Part shown: positions 35,393 to 44,156 of the stretch, one piece after another
Layout: each line of letters opens with the position of its first letter
Position numbering within the stretch: position 1 is the first letter of the stretch
From: a virus
DNA: 63,099 nt
IMG/VR virus record: IMGVR_UViG_3300045988_090624
Direction: 5' to 3' (one strand)
Notes under the pieces: generated by a model
Seen by the model: the letters and a program-made list of their open reading frames with translations, nothing else
What the model was told of the DNA's origin: nothing
Databases searched by the model: none
Translations under genes and position numbers: made by a program

Positions 35393-37072
35393 ATGATTAA
35401 ACTTGAAAAACTGGAAAAAGGTGAATTTTTTGAGGATGCTTTTCTTGTATCCTACAGGTACAACAAAGATTATTTAAACAAGATGAGATCACTCAAATAC
35501 AAAAGGTATGTGCCGGATAAAAAGGCGTGGGAGATCCCCTCAAGTGAGCTTAAGCACTTAGTAGATCTCTTTGGGGTTGATGATATCAATGTAAATGCTA
35601 AATATCTGGAGGGCTTAGTTGAGAAAGAAGAGAGTAAGGCTGAGGAGGCTCCTGAGGATATCAAGGAACGCTTAAAAGATATTAAGCCTATTGTTGACTA
35701 TCCATTTAAAACAAAGCCTTTCCCTCATCAGATAGAGGCTTTTAACAGGGGATATGAGTGTAAGAATCTTTTACTTGCAGACGATCAGGGACTTGGAAAG
35801 ACAAAAGAGAGTATTGATATTGCAGTAGCCCGGAAAGGTGAGATAGGTAAATGTCTGATAGTCTGTGGAGTAAACTCAGTAAAATATAACTGGAAAAAGG
35901 AGGTATCAGTACATTCAAATGAGAGCTGTGTTGTGATTGATGGAAAGACAGTAGATAAAAGGATCCAACAGATAGATCAGTGGCTCTATGGTAGTCCTTA
36001 CTTTGGAATTATAAATATAGAGAGCCTGAGAAATGAGAAGATCATGGACAAAATTTATGTGGATTGTAAGGATGATATTATAGGTGCTGTGATTGTGGAT
36101 GAGATCCATAAAGCTAAAAACGGTATGTGCTCTCAGGGTAGATCTGTGAGACAGCTCAACAGCAAGATCAGGATAGGACTCTCTGGTACTCCAATGAATA
36201 AAGCAGAAGATCTCTGGAATATCCTCACATGGCTCAGAGTGGAAAAGAGAAATTACTATCAATTCAAAAATAGATACTGTATCATGGGAGGCTTTAATGG
36301 TTATAAGGTAGTTGCTCACAGAAATCTGGATGAGCTAAATAAAGAGCTTAATACTGTTATGCTGAGGAGAAAGAAAGAGGAAGTGTTAGACCTCCCTCCG
36401 AAAATTTACACTACTGAGTACATTGAGCTTACCAGAAAACAGAGGATTCTCTATAAAGAAATCCGTCAGGGTATCGTGGATAATCTGGAGAATATCCTTG
36501 AGATCCCTAACCCTCTGAGCTGTACAGTAAGACTCCGACAGCTTACCGGGGGAGTCTTTGGGGATGATAACCCTAAGTTAGAGAGAGTAAAGGATATGCT
36601 GGAGGAAATCACAGAAAGCGGTCATAAGGCTTTAATCTTCTCTCAGTGGGAGCAAGTTACCTCTGTGTATAAAGAAGCCTTAAAAGCCTATAATCCGGCT
36701 TATATAGTGGGAGCTGTAGATCCTGAGAACAGACAGAAAGAGGTTGATAGGTTCCAGAATGATCCTACTTGTAAAGTGGCTATAGGAACTATAGGAGCTA
36801 TGGGAACAGGTCTTACAATGACAGCGGCAAGCTATGTTTTCTTTGTAGATAAACGCTACTGGGATGCTGAGAATAAACAGGCTGAGGACAGGGCTCACAG
36901 AATTGGAACTACAAATACAGTAAACGTGGTATCTCTGGTAGCCACTAATACAGTAGATGAGGGCATTGAGGAGATGCTGAGGGATAACAAGGCTCTCTTT
37001 GACAGAGTAGTTGAGGGTAAAGGATCCCGTGTAGATATGGGAGAAATCCTCAGAAAGATATTGCAGTATTAA
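35393..37072 (+). CDS. SNF2-family helicase
   Basis: Motif I LLADDQGLGKT, motif II VIVDEIHKAKN and the C-terminal helicase motif AEDRAHRIGT. Confidence 0.85.
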   Translation: MIKLEKLEKGEFFEDAFLVSYRYNKDYLNKMRSLKYKRYVPDKKAWEIPSSELKHLVDLFGVDDINVNAKYLEGLVEKEESKAEEAPEDIKERLKDIKPIVDYPFKTKPFPHQIEAFNRGYECKNLLLADDQGLGKTKESIDIAVARKGEIGKCLIVCGVNSVKYNWKKEVSVHSNESCVVIDGKTVDKRIQQIDQWLYGSPYFGIINIESLRNEKIMDKIYVDCKDDIIGAVIVDEIHKAKNGMCSQGRSVRQLNSKIRIGLSGTPMNKAEDLWNILTWLRVEKRNYYQFKNRYCIMGGFNGYKVVAHRNLDELNKELNTVMLRRKKEEVLDLPPKIYTTEYIELTRKQRILYKEIRQGIVDNLENILEIPNPLSCTVRLRQLTGGVFGDDNPKLERVKDMLEEITESGHKALIFSQWEQVTSVYKEALKAYNPAYIVGAVDPENRQKEVDRFQNDPTCKVAIGTIGAMGTGLTMTAASYVFFVDKRYWDAENKQAEDRAHRIGTTNTVNVVSLVATNTVDEGIEEMLRDNKALFDRVVEGKGSRVDMGEILRKILQY

Positions 37073-37157
37073 GGCTTTAATGCTAAGATATTATATAGGT
37101 TTATGCTAATGAGGGATAAATGAGGAATAAAAACAGATCATTGAGGAGGACTGAGGA

Positions 37158-37418
37158 ATGAAAGTTATCAATGGAATAATCCACTATACAGCTACAGAAG
37201 TATCTCAGCTCTGTGGAGTATCTACTCAGACTATAAAGCTCTGGAATAAAGCAAGTGAGCAAAGGGAAGAAGCCGGGGAGGGTAGACTGATCCCGGCTCC
37301 TCACACTGAGCCAAACGGCTATAAGTATTGGAGTGCTGAGGATACTCAGAAGATTATAGAGTATGCTGGACAATCTCATAAAGAGAGATATGGTAACATG
37401 AAGAAAGAGGGCAAATAA
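37158..37418 (+). CDS. MerR/excisionase-type HTH protein
   Basis: YTATEVSQLCGVSTQTIKLWNK matches a MerR-like HTH pattern. Confidence 0.5.
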   Translation: MKVINGIIHYTATEVSQLCGVSTQTIKLWNKASEQREEAGEGRLIPAPHTEPNGYKYWSAEDTQKIIEYAGQSHKERYGNMKKEGK

Positions 37419-37442
37419 GCCCTCTTTTTTTTTCTTGTAGAG

Positions 37443-37504
37443 TAGGACAAAAATGGGATACCCTAAGACAATTTTGTCCTACCCCTATCTCATTTCTGTC
37501 CTAC
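37443..37504. repeat. GTAGGACAAAAAT / ATTTTGTCCTAC inverted repeat plus a third TGTCCTAC copy
   Basis: Arms at 37443-37453 and 37471-37482, and a direct copy at 37494-37504. They lie in a 237-nt AT-rich non-coding region. Confidence 0.7.
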
Positions 37505-37583
37505 CAAAGATTAATCTATTAAAATATAAAAATAAATCAAAGATTTATTTTAGAGAGGAGTTCAAAAACTTTTCTTTTTTTTT

Positions 37584-37617
37584 TGTCTAAAAATCTTATC
37601 AGCTTTCAGTTATTACT
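37584..37617 (+). promoter_or_regulatory. Conserved element A, copy 5
   Basis: TGTCTAAA at 37584 and AGTTATTACT at 37608. Confidence 0.5.
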
Positions 37618-37655
37618 CAGTGCAAGGCAAATAAAAGAAAGGAGCTAAAAGCTAT

Positions 37656-37994
37656 ATGATTCAATTAAATTTTTTAAATGCTGTAGTAGAGGATAACGGT
37701 AACGGGCTTAGAGTAAATGGTAAAGACCTCAATAGCATTATCTCAGCGGCTTTAGGAACTATTAAAAAGATCCCCGGTAGATATGAGTATTTGGGGGATG
37801 AGAATAAGGGTAAACCTTTTGAGTCTCAGCTCTGTAATGTTTCAGTGACTATTGATGATATATCAACAGAGATCACAGAGACTATTACTTTTTCTGAGAA
37901 TGGAAATGTACAGGAGGTTACTCTGGCAGAGTTTGAGAAAGGGTTAGAGGATGAGCACTCTCAGGAAGTTAAACAGGCAGATCCAGAAGAATAA
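37656..37994 (+). CDS. Hypothetical protein
   Basis: RBS AAAGGAG. First gene after an element A copy. Confidence 0.6.
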   Translation: MIQLNFLNAVVEDNGNGLRVNGKDLNSIISAALGTIKKIPGRYEYLGDENKGKPFESQLCNVSVTIDDISTEITETITFSENGNVQEVTLAEFEKGLEDEHSQEVKQADPEE

Positions 37995-38095
37995 AAAGGA
38001 GTTGCCAATGAAAAAGGTTGTTGCCCGGAAAATGGGGTTGACTACAAAAGAGTTAAATAAAAAGTATTTCAAAAAGAATAAGGAGGAAAAGTAAT

Positions 38096-38420
38096 ATGTT
38101 TAGTGGTATGGGAATGTTTGGAGCTTTTGGTTTTGATCCAGAGGAAGAGACAAAAAAAAAATGAAGAGATGAAGCGTGAGGCAGAGCTCAGAAAGAAGTA
38201 TGAGGAGAATCTGGATAAGCCTATCACAATTACTCAGCGTCAGCTTATGGAGGCTCAGGCTCATGTAATGGCTAACGGTAAATTTATGAGAATAGCTAAG
38301 GAGCGTGATCCTCAGATGGGAGCTATGTTAGTCTTAACGGTAGCTCCTATCATGGCTGATCTTGTATCTGAATTATTCAAAGATAGTCTTTCAGATATTG
38401 TTAAAGAGGAGGAAAAATAA
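38096..38420 (+). CDS. Hypothetical protein interrupted by a frameshift in an A10 tract (38152-38161)
   Basis: AGGAGG at 38081-38086 and ATG at 38096 give MFSGMGMFGAFGFDPEEETKKK, which stops at TGA 38162. The long ORF (...NEEMKREAELRKKYEE...) continues in the +1 frame and has no start or RBS of its own. Removing one A joins the two. Confidence 0.6.
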
Positions 38421-38422
38421 TC

Positions 38423-38641
38423 ATGGCAGAGAATAACAATAAACCACAGGTAAGAGTAGCCTCTATTGAGGTAGAGTTAGGAATGAGTGTACAGAATAAG
38501 GCTGGAATCTGGTGTAAGCCTACAGCAAGAATGGTACTTACAGTAGATGGAGGAACATCTCCGGCTCAGAGAGCGGCTATCATCAAACAGGGATTTGATG
38601 AGGTATGTGAGAATATTGAGAAGCTGTTAGAGGAGATGTAG
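38423..38641 (+). CDS. Hypothetical protein
   Basis: Tightly packed and co-directional. Confidence 0.5.
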   Translation: MAENNNKPQVRVASIEVELGMSVQNKAGIWCKPTARMVLTVDGGTSPAQRAAIIKQGFDEVCENIEKLLEEM

Positions 38642-38642
38642 G

Positions 38643-38846
38643 ATGAAAGAGGTAAATTGTACAGCACTTTCCTCAGAGGTAGTAGAAGCCATTTATAATA
38701 AATCTGATTTATCTCTTGCGGCTAAGGGACTGTTTATTTTGTTATCTTGTGGATTTGAGGATATTGATTTTTCGGATCCTGAATATGTGACAGCTTTTAA
38801 GGAGTTACATGATAAGCGTTATCTGAATTTCTCTTTAGGTTGTTAA
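38643..38846 (+). CDS. Hypothetical protein
   Basis: Tightly packed and co-directional. Confidence 0.45.
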   Translation: MKEVNCTALSSEVVEAIYNKSDLSLAAKGLFILLSCGFEDIDFSDPEYVTAFKELHDKRYLNFSLGC

Positions 38847-38898
38847 TTAGTTTCTGGGAGGGGTAGCACCCTCCCATTATTTACCGGAGGTGAGGTAG

Positions 38899-39639
38899 AT
38901 GAAAATTTCAATAGAGGGGTTCGATCAATCAAGAGCTGTAGAGTTGGGGCTATGCGTGGCTGATATGGTTTTACTCAGATGGTTTGTGGATTTCTCTAAT
39001 ACTGGAGCAATGGAGAAACGAATAATAGACGGAAAGGAGTATTTCTGGATTAGTTACGAATATGTTTTACAGGAGTTGCCTATTTTAAAAATCAGTAAGA
39101 AAACTTTATACAGATGCTTTAAGGATCTGGTAGATAAGGGGATTTTGACTCATGCTTTTGTTAAGGATGGGGGGAGCTATTCTTTTTATGGGTTTGGAAA
39201 AGGATTCTTTTCCCTTGTCAGTAGCAGTAGTTTTTCTGGGGCTGTGTTACATACATCTCAAAAGCCTCCAGCAGAAAAGAAACCTGTAAAAAATTCTCTT
39301 ACCAAAAAAGAGGTTGAAAGCAGAATAGCAGAGAGCTTTACTGATGAGTCTCTGAGATCTTCTTTTAATGATTTTTTGGCAATGAGGGTAAACATTAAAA
39401 AGCCTATATCAACCTCAGGAGCTCTTACCAGAATGATTAACCGGGTGAAAAAGCTCTCTGATGGGGATGAGTCTTTAGCTGATAAGATATTAGATCAGAG
39501 TATAAGGAATAACTGGCAAGACATTTATCCTCTGAAAGAGGGGTATGTAGGTACAAGTAAGGACTCAAAGATCACAAGTAAGCAGTATGATCCGGCTGAG
39601 CTTGCAAGAGATGAGAGTGGAAATTTGAAAGTATTTTAA
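38899..39639 (+). CDS. Putative replication initiator / replisome organiser (winged helix, DnaD-like)
   Basis: A wHTH-like segment (LKISKKTLYRCFKDLVDKGILTH). It lies directly upstream of the DnaC-like and DnaB-like genes. Confidence 0.45.
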   Translation: MKISIEGFDQSRAVELGLCVADMVLLRWFVDFSNTGAMEKRIIDGKEYFWISYEYVLQELPILKISKKTLYRCFKDLVDKGILTHAFVKDGGSYSFYGFGKGFFSLVSSSSFSGAVLHTSQKPPAEKKPVKNSLTKKEVESRIAESFTDESLRSSFNDFLAMRVNIKKPISTSGALTRMINRVKKLSDGDESLADKILDQSIRNNWQDIYPLKEGYVGTSKDSKITSKQYDPAELARDESGNLKVF

Positions 39640-39677
39640 TTTTGGGGGGAGTATAAAAGCTCTCCTCATTTTTTTTT

Positions 39678-39710
39678 TGTCTAAAAATCAGAGATTAGCT
39701 GGTTATTACT
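39678..39710 (+). promoter_or_regulatory. Conserved element A, copy 6
   Basis: TGTCTAAA at 39678 and GGTTATTACT at 39701. Confidence 0.55.
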
Positions 39711-39734
39711 CAGAAAGAAAGGAGTTGTAAAGCT

Positions 39735-40400
39735 ATGAAATGTTATGCAGAAACATATTGCAAGAAAAGAAAAAATGAGTGCAATGAGTTTTGTGACGGA
39801 TACAGACTCTTGAGAGCTTTATATAAAATGAGTCGGATCCCGGAGCGGTACTGTTATAATATCCCACTTGTACCAGAGGGGAAAGATCTGGGAGCTTTTG
39901 AGGCTCTCAATGATTTTATGAAAAGTGTTGAGGAGAGAGTTGAGAAAGGTGAGGGGCTGTATATCTGGAGTGAGTCTACAGGGAATGGGAAAACCTCATG
40001 GGCTTGTAAGATCCTGAGTTATTATTTTCGGAAAGTGGCATTTAAGAGCGGCTTAGAAAATGAGGGGCTGTATATCTATCTCCCTACTTTTCTGGATGAT
40101 CTTAGACAGAGCTATGATGATCCTGATACAGATTTCTCAGAGCTGTTAGCAATGCTTAAAAATTGTAAGCTCCTGATTATTGATGACATAGGAGCTGAGA
40201 AGTCTACAGAGTGGGTAAATGAGAGATTGCTCAGTATCATCAATACCCGGATGATGAAAGGACTCAGTACCATTTATACCTCTAATTGTTCTCTTGATGA
40301 TATAGGGAAAAGAATGGGGGAGCGAATCAGGAGCCGGATAAGAGGATCCGTTACAGAGATACATTTAACCGGACAGGATAAGAGGGGAGGGGTTAAGTAA
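39735..40400 (+). CDS. DnaC/IstB-like AAA+ helicase loader
   Basis: Walker A STGNGKTS and Walker B LLIIDDIGAE. Confidence 0.75.
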   Translation: MKCYAETYCKKRKNECNEFCDGYRLLRALYKMSRIPERYCYNIPLVPEGKDLGAFEALNDFMKSVEERVEKGEGLYIWSESTGNGKTSWACKILSYYFRKVAFKSGLENEGLYIYLPTFLDDLRQSYDDPDTDFSELLAMLKNCKLLIIDDIGAEKSTEWVNERLLSIINTRMMKGLSTIYTSNCSLDDIGKRMGERIRSRIRGSVTEIHLTGQDKRGGVK

Positions 40401-41707
40401 TGGCTGGTAATGGATTAGTAGAAGAGAGCTATATTTGTAAACTCTTAGAGGGGGGATCTCTTGATACTTTGAAAGAGTCCGGGCTCCGGGATGAAATGTT
40501 TTTAACCTGTAAGGATCAGATCCAGTTTATCCAGAAGCATGAGGCAGAGTATAAACAGCTCCCGGATAAAATGATTTTTTTACAGAAATTCAAAGACTTT
40601 CAAATGTTGGAAGTAACAGAGAGCATGGACTATTTAGCTGACAGGATAAAGGAGCAATTCCTTTACACTAAGTTAGTCCCTATAGTTCAGGAGGGAGGAA
40701 ACCTGTTAAGAGAGGACTCCCTGAAAGCCTATGATTATCTGAGAGCGGCACTGGAGACTTTACAGAAAGATAACCCGGTAAGTAAAAACAGGGAGGGTGT
40801 AGATATCATCTCCTCAGCGAAAGACAGACTAAGCTCTTACCTGAAAAGGTGTGATATGAAAGGGTTAATGGGTATCCCTACAGGACTCACTCAGTTAGAT
40901 GATATTACAAATGGGTGGTTGTTTGGTGAGGAGCTTGTAATCATCACAGGTAGAACTAATGTGGGTAAATCATGGATAGCTGAGTTTTTCGGTACAGTGG
41001 CGTGGGAGGCTGGCTATAAGATCCTCCAGTATTCAGGAGAAATGAGTGTGGAGATGGTAGGTTTTAGATTTGATACACTCCATAAACATTTTTCTAACAT
41101 GGGACTCCTTAACGGATCCGGGATACTGGGAAAGAAAGAGGGATCAGATGGAGCTAAGCTCTTACAGGATGATTATAAAAATTATATCTCTCAGCTCTCT
41201 ACAAAGTCAGGCTATGTGATTGTTACTCCTGATGATTTTGGAGGAAGAAAGCCAACAGTAGGAGAACTGGAGACTCTGGCTAAAAAGTTGGGCTCAGATA
41301 TGATTATCGTAGATCAGCTTTCCCTTATGATGGATCAGAGGAGAGCGGATACTCCCCGTATTGCTTATAACAATATCTCTGAGGATGCTTTTCTGATGAG
41401 TAAGAAACTGGGTAAGCCTGTAATCATGCTGGCTCAGGCAAACAGAGAGGCGGTTAAGAATAAAAAGAAAGGTCAGTCTCCAGAGTTACATGATCTGGCT
41501 GAGTCTGATGGAGTAGCTCAGAACGCTACCAGAGTAATCTCCCTCTCAGTAATTGATGGAATTTTAAAACTCTCCGTGAAGAAAAACAGGTATGGTATCA
41601 ACAACAAGGATGTAATGGTGATGTGGGATATTAACGCCGGATACATTAAGCCATTACTGGAGAACAAAGAGGGAGAGAAAGGGGAGGCTGAGGATTATGG
41701 ATTCTGA
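40400..41707 (+). CDS. dnaB: DnaB-like replicative helicase
   Basis: Walker A GRTNVGKS, Walker B MIIVDQLSLM, and a 435-aa length with an N-terminal DnaB-like domain. Confidence 0.8.
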   Translation: MAGNGLVEESYICKLLEGGSLDTLKESGLRDEMFLTCKDQIQFIQKHEAEYKQLPDKMIFLQKFKDFQMLEVTESMDYLADRIKEQFLYTKLVPIVQEGGNLLREDSLKAYDYLRAALETLQKDNPVSKNREGVDIISSAKDRLSSYLKRCDMKGLMGIPTGLTQLDDITNGWLFGEELVIITGRTNVGKSWIAEFFGTVAWEAGYKILQYSGEMSVEMVGFRFDTLHKHFSNMGLLNGSGILGKKEGSDGAKLLQDDYKNYISQLSTKSGYVIVTPDDFGGRKPTVGELETLAKKLGSDMIIVDQLSLMMDQRRADTPRIAYNNISEDAFLMSKKLGKPVIMLAQANREAVKNKKKGQSPELHDLAESDGVAQNATRVISLSVIDGILKLSVKKNRYGINNKDVMVMWDINAGYIKPLLENKEGEKGEAEDYGF

Positions 41708-41978
41708 GAAAAGAGAAAATATAAAATGGAGCCTGTTTTTACTTGGTCTGGTAGCGGCGGTATTTTTCAGTATTATCTTGATGTGTATAGGCTTTTATCA
41801 TGTGTTCTTTGAAGAACCTCAGGAACCACAGAGCCTCCCTTATGAGGTGATTGTATATGATCGGAGTAACAAGGCTATTATTGATTATGGGGCAGTATGT
41901 GAGGTAAAAGATGGGGTATTATATCTCTATGACGCTACAGAGCTGGGGAGGAAAGATGTGAGCCACTTGGTAGAGTAA
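41697..41978 (+). CDS. Small membrane protein
   Basis: Transmembrane segment WSLFLLGLVAAVFFSIILMCIGFY. Confidence 0.5.
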   Translation: MDSEKRENIKWSLFLLGLVAAVFFSIILMCIGFYHVFFEEPQEPQSLPYEVIVYDRSNKAIIDYGAVCEVKDGVLYLYDATELGRKDVSHLVE

Positions 41979-42009
41979 AATTAAACTTTTGAAGAATTTT
42001 AAAATTCTT

Positions 42010-42042
42010 TGTCTAAATATTCACCTCTTTTAGGTTATCACT
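42010..42042 (+). promoter_or_regulatory. Conserved element A, copy 7
   Basis: TGTCTAAA at 42010 and GGTTATCACT at 42033. It is preceded by the palindrome AAGAATTTTAAAATTCTT. Confidence 0.55.
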
Positions 42043-42072
42043 CTATGAGAAGCCTAAGGGAGGTGATTTTAG

Positions 42073-42561
42073 TTGAGTGATAGATTATGTAGTAAAGATG
42101 TAGCTGATCTCATGGAGAAAAGACATGATAACTTGATGAGAACTATCAGAACAGATCTAAAGAACCTTGAAACCCCGGAGAAGTATTATAAAGAGGATAC
42201 CTACACAGATGGTAAGGGAAAAGTCCGTGAGTGCTTTCAAGTTTCTTTAGATGGCTGTAAGAGGCTCTCTAATAAGCTCAAGGGAGAGTTGAGAGAGGAG
42301 TTCCTTATTGCTGTAGGCTTAAGGTTGGAAAATGGATCAGAGGGGCAAAACACGAAGCCTGAGAGTGAACCTGAGAAAGAATATACTCTTGAAGAGGCGG
42401 CGGCTGAGTTGGGGATCTCAAGGAGGACTCTGGGAAGAAAGATTGATGCCGGAGAAATCCAGACAGAGAAAAGGGAGTATCAACAGATTCTTATAAAAGA
42501 GAGATCCATAGTAACAGAGTCAGCTCTTGAGGCATACAGAAAAAGTCTGGAGGTAGAATAG
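42073..42561 (+). CDS. Rha-like phage regulatory protein with a C-terminal HTH
   Basis: N-terminal SKDVADLMEKRHDNLMRTIR is Rha-like. The C-terminal YTLEEAAAELGISRRTLGRKI is an HTH. Confidence 0.6.
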   Translation: MSDRLCSKDVADLMEKRHDNLMRTIRTDLKNLETPEKYYKEDTYTDGKGKVRECFQVSLDGCKRLSNKLKGELREEFLIAVGLRLENGSEGQNTKPESEPEKEYTLEEAAAELGISRRTLGRKIDAGEIQTEKREYQQILIKERSIVTESALEAYRKSLEVE

Positions 42562-42780
42562 ATGTTTAAATGGAAATTGAGAGCTTGTAGAGTACAGGCT
42601 GGATTGTATCAGAGAGAAGCGGCTAAAGCTCTTGGGATCTCTGAGGTATCCCTTGTAAATTACGAAAAGGGGAAGAGTAGCCCGGACATGGATTTAGGGC
42701 AGAAAATGAGTGAGCTTTATGGAGTCCCTATGGATATGATGGACTTCACAAAAGTAGGTAACAGAGTAATAAAAGACTAA
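42562..42780 (+). CDS. XRE-family HTH protein (Cro-like)
   Basis: LRACRVQAGLYQREAAKALGISEVSLVNYEKGKSSP. Confidence 0.7.
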   Translation: MFKWKLRACRVQAGLYQREAAKALGISEVSLVNYEKGKSSPDMDLGQKMSELYGVPMDMMDFTKVGNRVIKD

Positions 42781-42795
42781 AGGAGGATCTCAGGA

Positions 42796-43128
42796 ATGAG
42801 TAAGGATCTGGATGTTAATAAGTTGATGGATAATGTAAAGTCTCTTACTGTAGAGAATGAAAATCTACTGAGGAAGAATGAGGAGTATAAGTCTAAGGTC
42901 GAAAAGATGGAGGCTAACCTTAGAGGATATGAGAAAAGCTATGATGAGATCTATAAGGCTAAACGTGAGGTAGAGATTGCTTTAGCGGCTGAAAGAGATA
43001 AGTCTAACGCTTACCAGAGAGAAAATGAGATGCTGATGAGAAAAATTGACAGCAGTCTGACAGTTGAGGAGTTATTACGCCACTTGTCAAAAGGTGGAGG
43101 TAACAGCGTAGTAATTGGGATTAAGTAA
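42796..43128 (+). CDS. Coiled-coil protein
   Basis: Heptad-rich, E/K-rich sequence. Confidence 0.5.
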   Translation: MSKDLDVNKLMDNVKSLTVENENLLRKNEEYKSKVEKMEANLRGYEKSYDEIYKAKREVEIALAAERDKSNAYQRENEMLMRKIDSSLTVEELLRHLSKGGGNSVVIGIK

Positions 43129-43134
43129 AAAGAA

Positions 43135-43152
43135 AGGAGCCTTATGGCTCCT
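43135..43152. terminator. Bidirectional hairpin between convergent genes
   Basis: AGGAGCC pairs with GGCTCCT. The repressor stop codon lies in the loop. Confidence 0.5.
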
Positions 43153-43528
43153 CTCCCTTAAGCTCAAGTATTCTTTGAGCTATCCCTTTGAGTAGGATTA
43201 GATCTTGCTCCTCCAGCTTAACTACTTGTTTAAATAACTCATAAAGTGAGGTATTACTTTCAAGTAGCTTTGCAAGTATCACTGGATCAGATGAGGTAGA
43301 TTGTTTCTTTTGGTAAGGATCGGACATTAGATCTGTAGTATCAATGTGGAAATAGTTAGCTAACATTTCTATTTTGTCCATTCTTGGAAACATCTTTCCG
43401 TTAATCCATTGAGATATTGTGGGGGAGCTGATGTTAAGATCCCTGATTAGATCTTGTTGACGTTTTCCATTGATGCTCATGTAATACTGTAGTGCTTTAG
43501 GAAACGCTGATTTAGGATCTGTACTCAT
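43142..43528 (-). CDS. CI-like XRE-family repressor (the only convincing minus-strand gene)
   Basis: The HTH is QQDLIRDLNISSPTISQWINGKMFP. The preferred start is ATG at 43528 (MSTDPKS...), preceded by GAGGGGG. The track ORF extends to 43639 through a low-complexity leader. Confidence 0.8.
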   Translation of the reverse strand: MSTDPKSAFPKALQYYMSINGKRQQDLIRDLNISSPTISQWINGKMFPRMDKIEMLANYFHIDTTDLMSDPYQKKQSTSSDPVILAKLLESNTSLYELFKQVVKLEEQDLILLKGIAQRILELKGEEP

Positions 43529-43562
43529 ATTTTTCACCCCCTCTCTATCAAGGGATAAGTAT

Positions 43563-43591
43563 ATTATACAGTAGAACAAAGAAAAAGTAAA
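43563..43591 (-). promoter_or_regulatory. Leftward sigma-A-type promoter for the repressor gene
   Basis: On the minus strand: TTTACT-N17-TATAAT. Confidence 0.5.
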
Positions 43592-43740
43592 GTTAAACAA
43601 AGAAAAAGTTTTGCTAAACTTAAATATTTTTATTGACATCTTTGTTTAACTGAGATATTATGTGTGTTGAGGGGCGGTTTACCCCGTACCTCATATTATT
43701 TTACCTAAAATTCTTTGTTAAACAAAGATTGAAACAAAGA
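43575..43740. promoter_or_regulatory. Operator array of AACAAAGA half-sites (six copies, including a perfect palindrome)
   Basis: AACAAAGAAAAAGT occurs at 43575 and 43596, 21 nt apart. An inverted TCTTTGTT lies at 43639-43646 inside the rightward promoter spacer. The palindrome TCTTTGTTaAACAAAGA is at 43712-43728, and a further copy is at 43733-43740. Confidence 0.7.
43633..43661 (+). promoter_or_regulatory. Rightward early sigma-A promoter
   Basis: TTGACA-N17-TATTAT, with an operator half-site in the spacer. Confidence 0.7.
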
Positions 43741-43775
43741 ATTTTAAATAAAAACAAAATAAGGAGGATGCAGAG

Positions 43776-44156
43776 ATGGAATTAACAACACTCTACAAAC
43801 AGTACAGAGCCGCAAAACTGGCGGCAGATCAGGCGGCAAAAGAAGAGGACAAGCTCAAGAAAGCCCTCAAGAAAGCAATGGAAGAAGCCGGAGTTAAAAA
43901 CTACACAGATGAGGACGGTTTTCTCTTTGAGAGAATTGTTCAGAACAGAAAGAGCATGGACGAAAAGGGTGTGCTGGAGAGCCTCAAAGAGAAAGGACTT
44001 ACTCAGTGTATCAAGACAGTTGAGGCAGTAGATGAGCCTCAGGTACTTAAGGCTATTGAAGCCGGGGAGTATTCCGCTGAGGAGCTCCAGAAATACCTCA
44101 CAGTCAAAGAGGTTGTGATGTTGAAACTCACAGATCCGGCAAAAGTCAAGAAATGA
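43776..44156 (+). CDS. Hypothetical protein (first gene of the rightward operon)
   Basis: Strong RBS AAGGAGG. Confidence 0.6.
   Translation: MELTTLYKQYRAAKLAADQAAKEEDKLKKALKKAMEEAGVKNYTDEDGFLFERIVQNRKSMDEKGVLESLKEKGLTQCIKTVEAVDEPQVLKAIEAGEYSAEELQKYLTVKEVVMLKLTDPAKVKK

Noticed and set aside
43529-43639. N-terminal extension of the repressor ORF (MSIKIFKFSKTFSLFNFTFSLFYCIIYLSLDREGVKN)
   Set aside because: It is a low-complexity translation of the operator/promoter region. An internal ATG at 43528 has a GAGGGGG RBS and begins a normal XRE protein.
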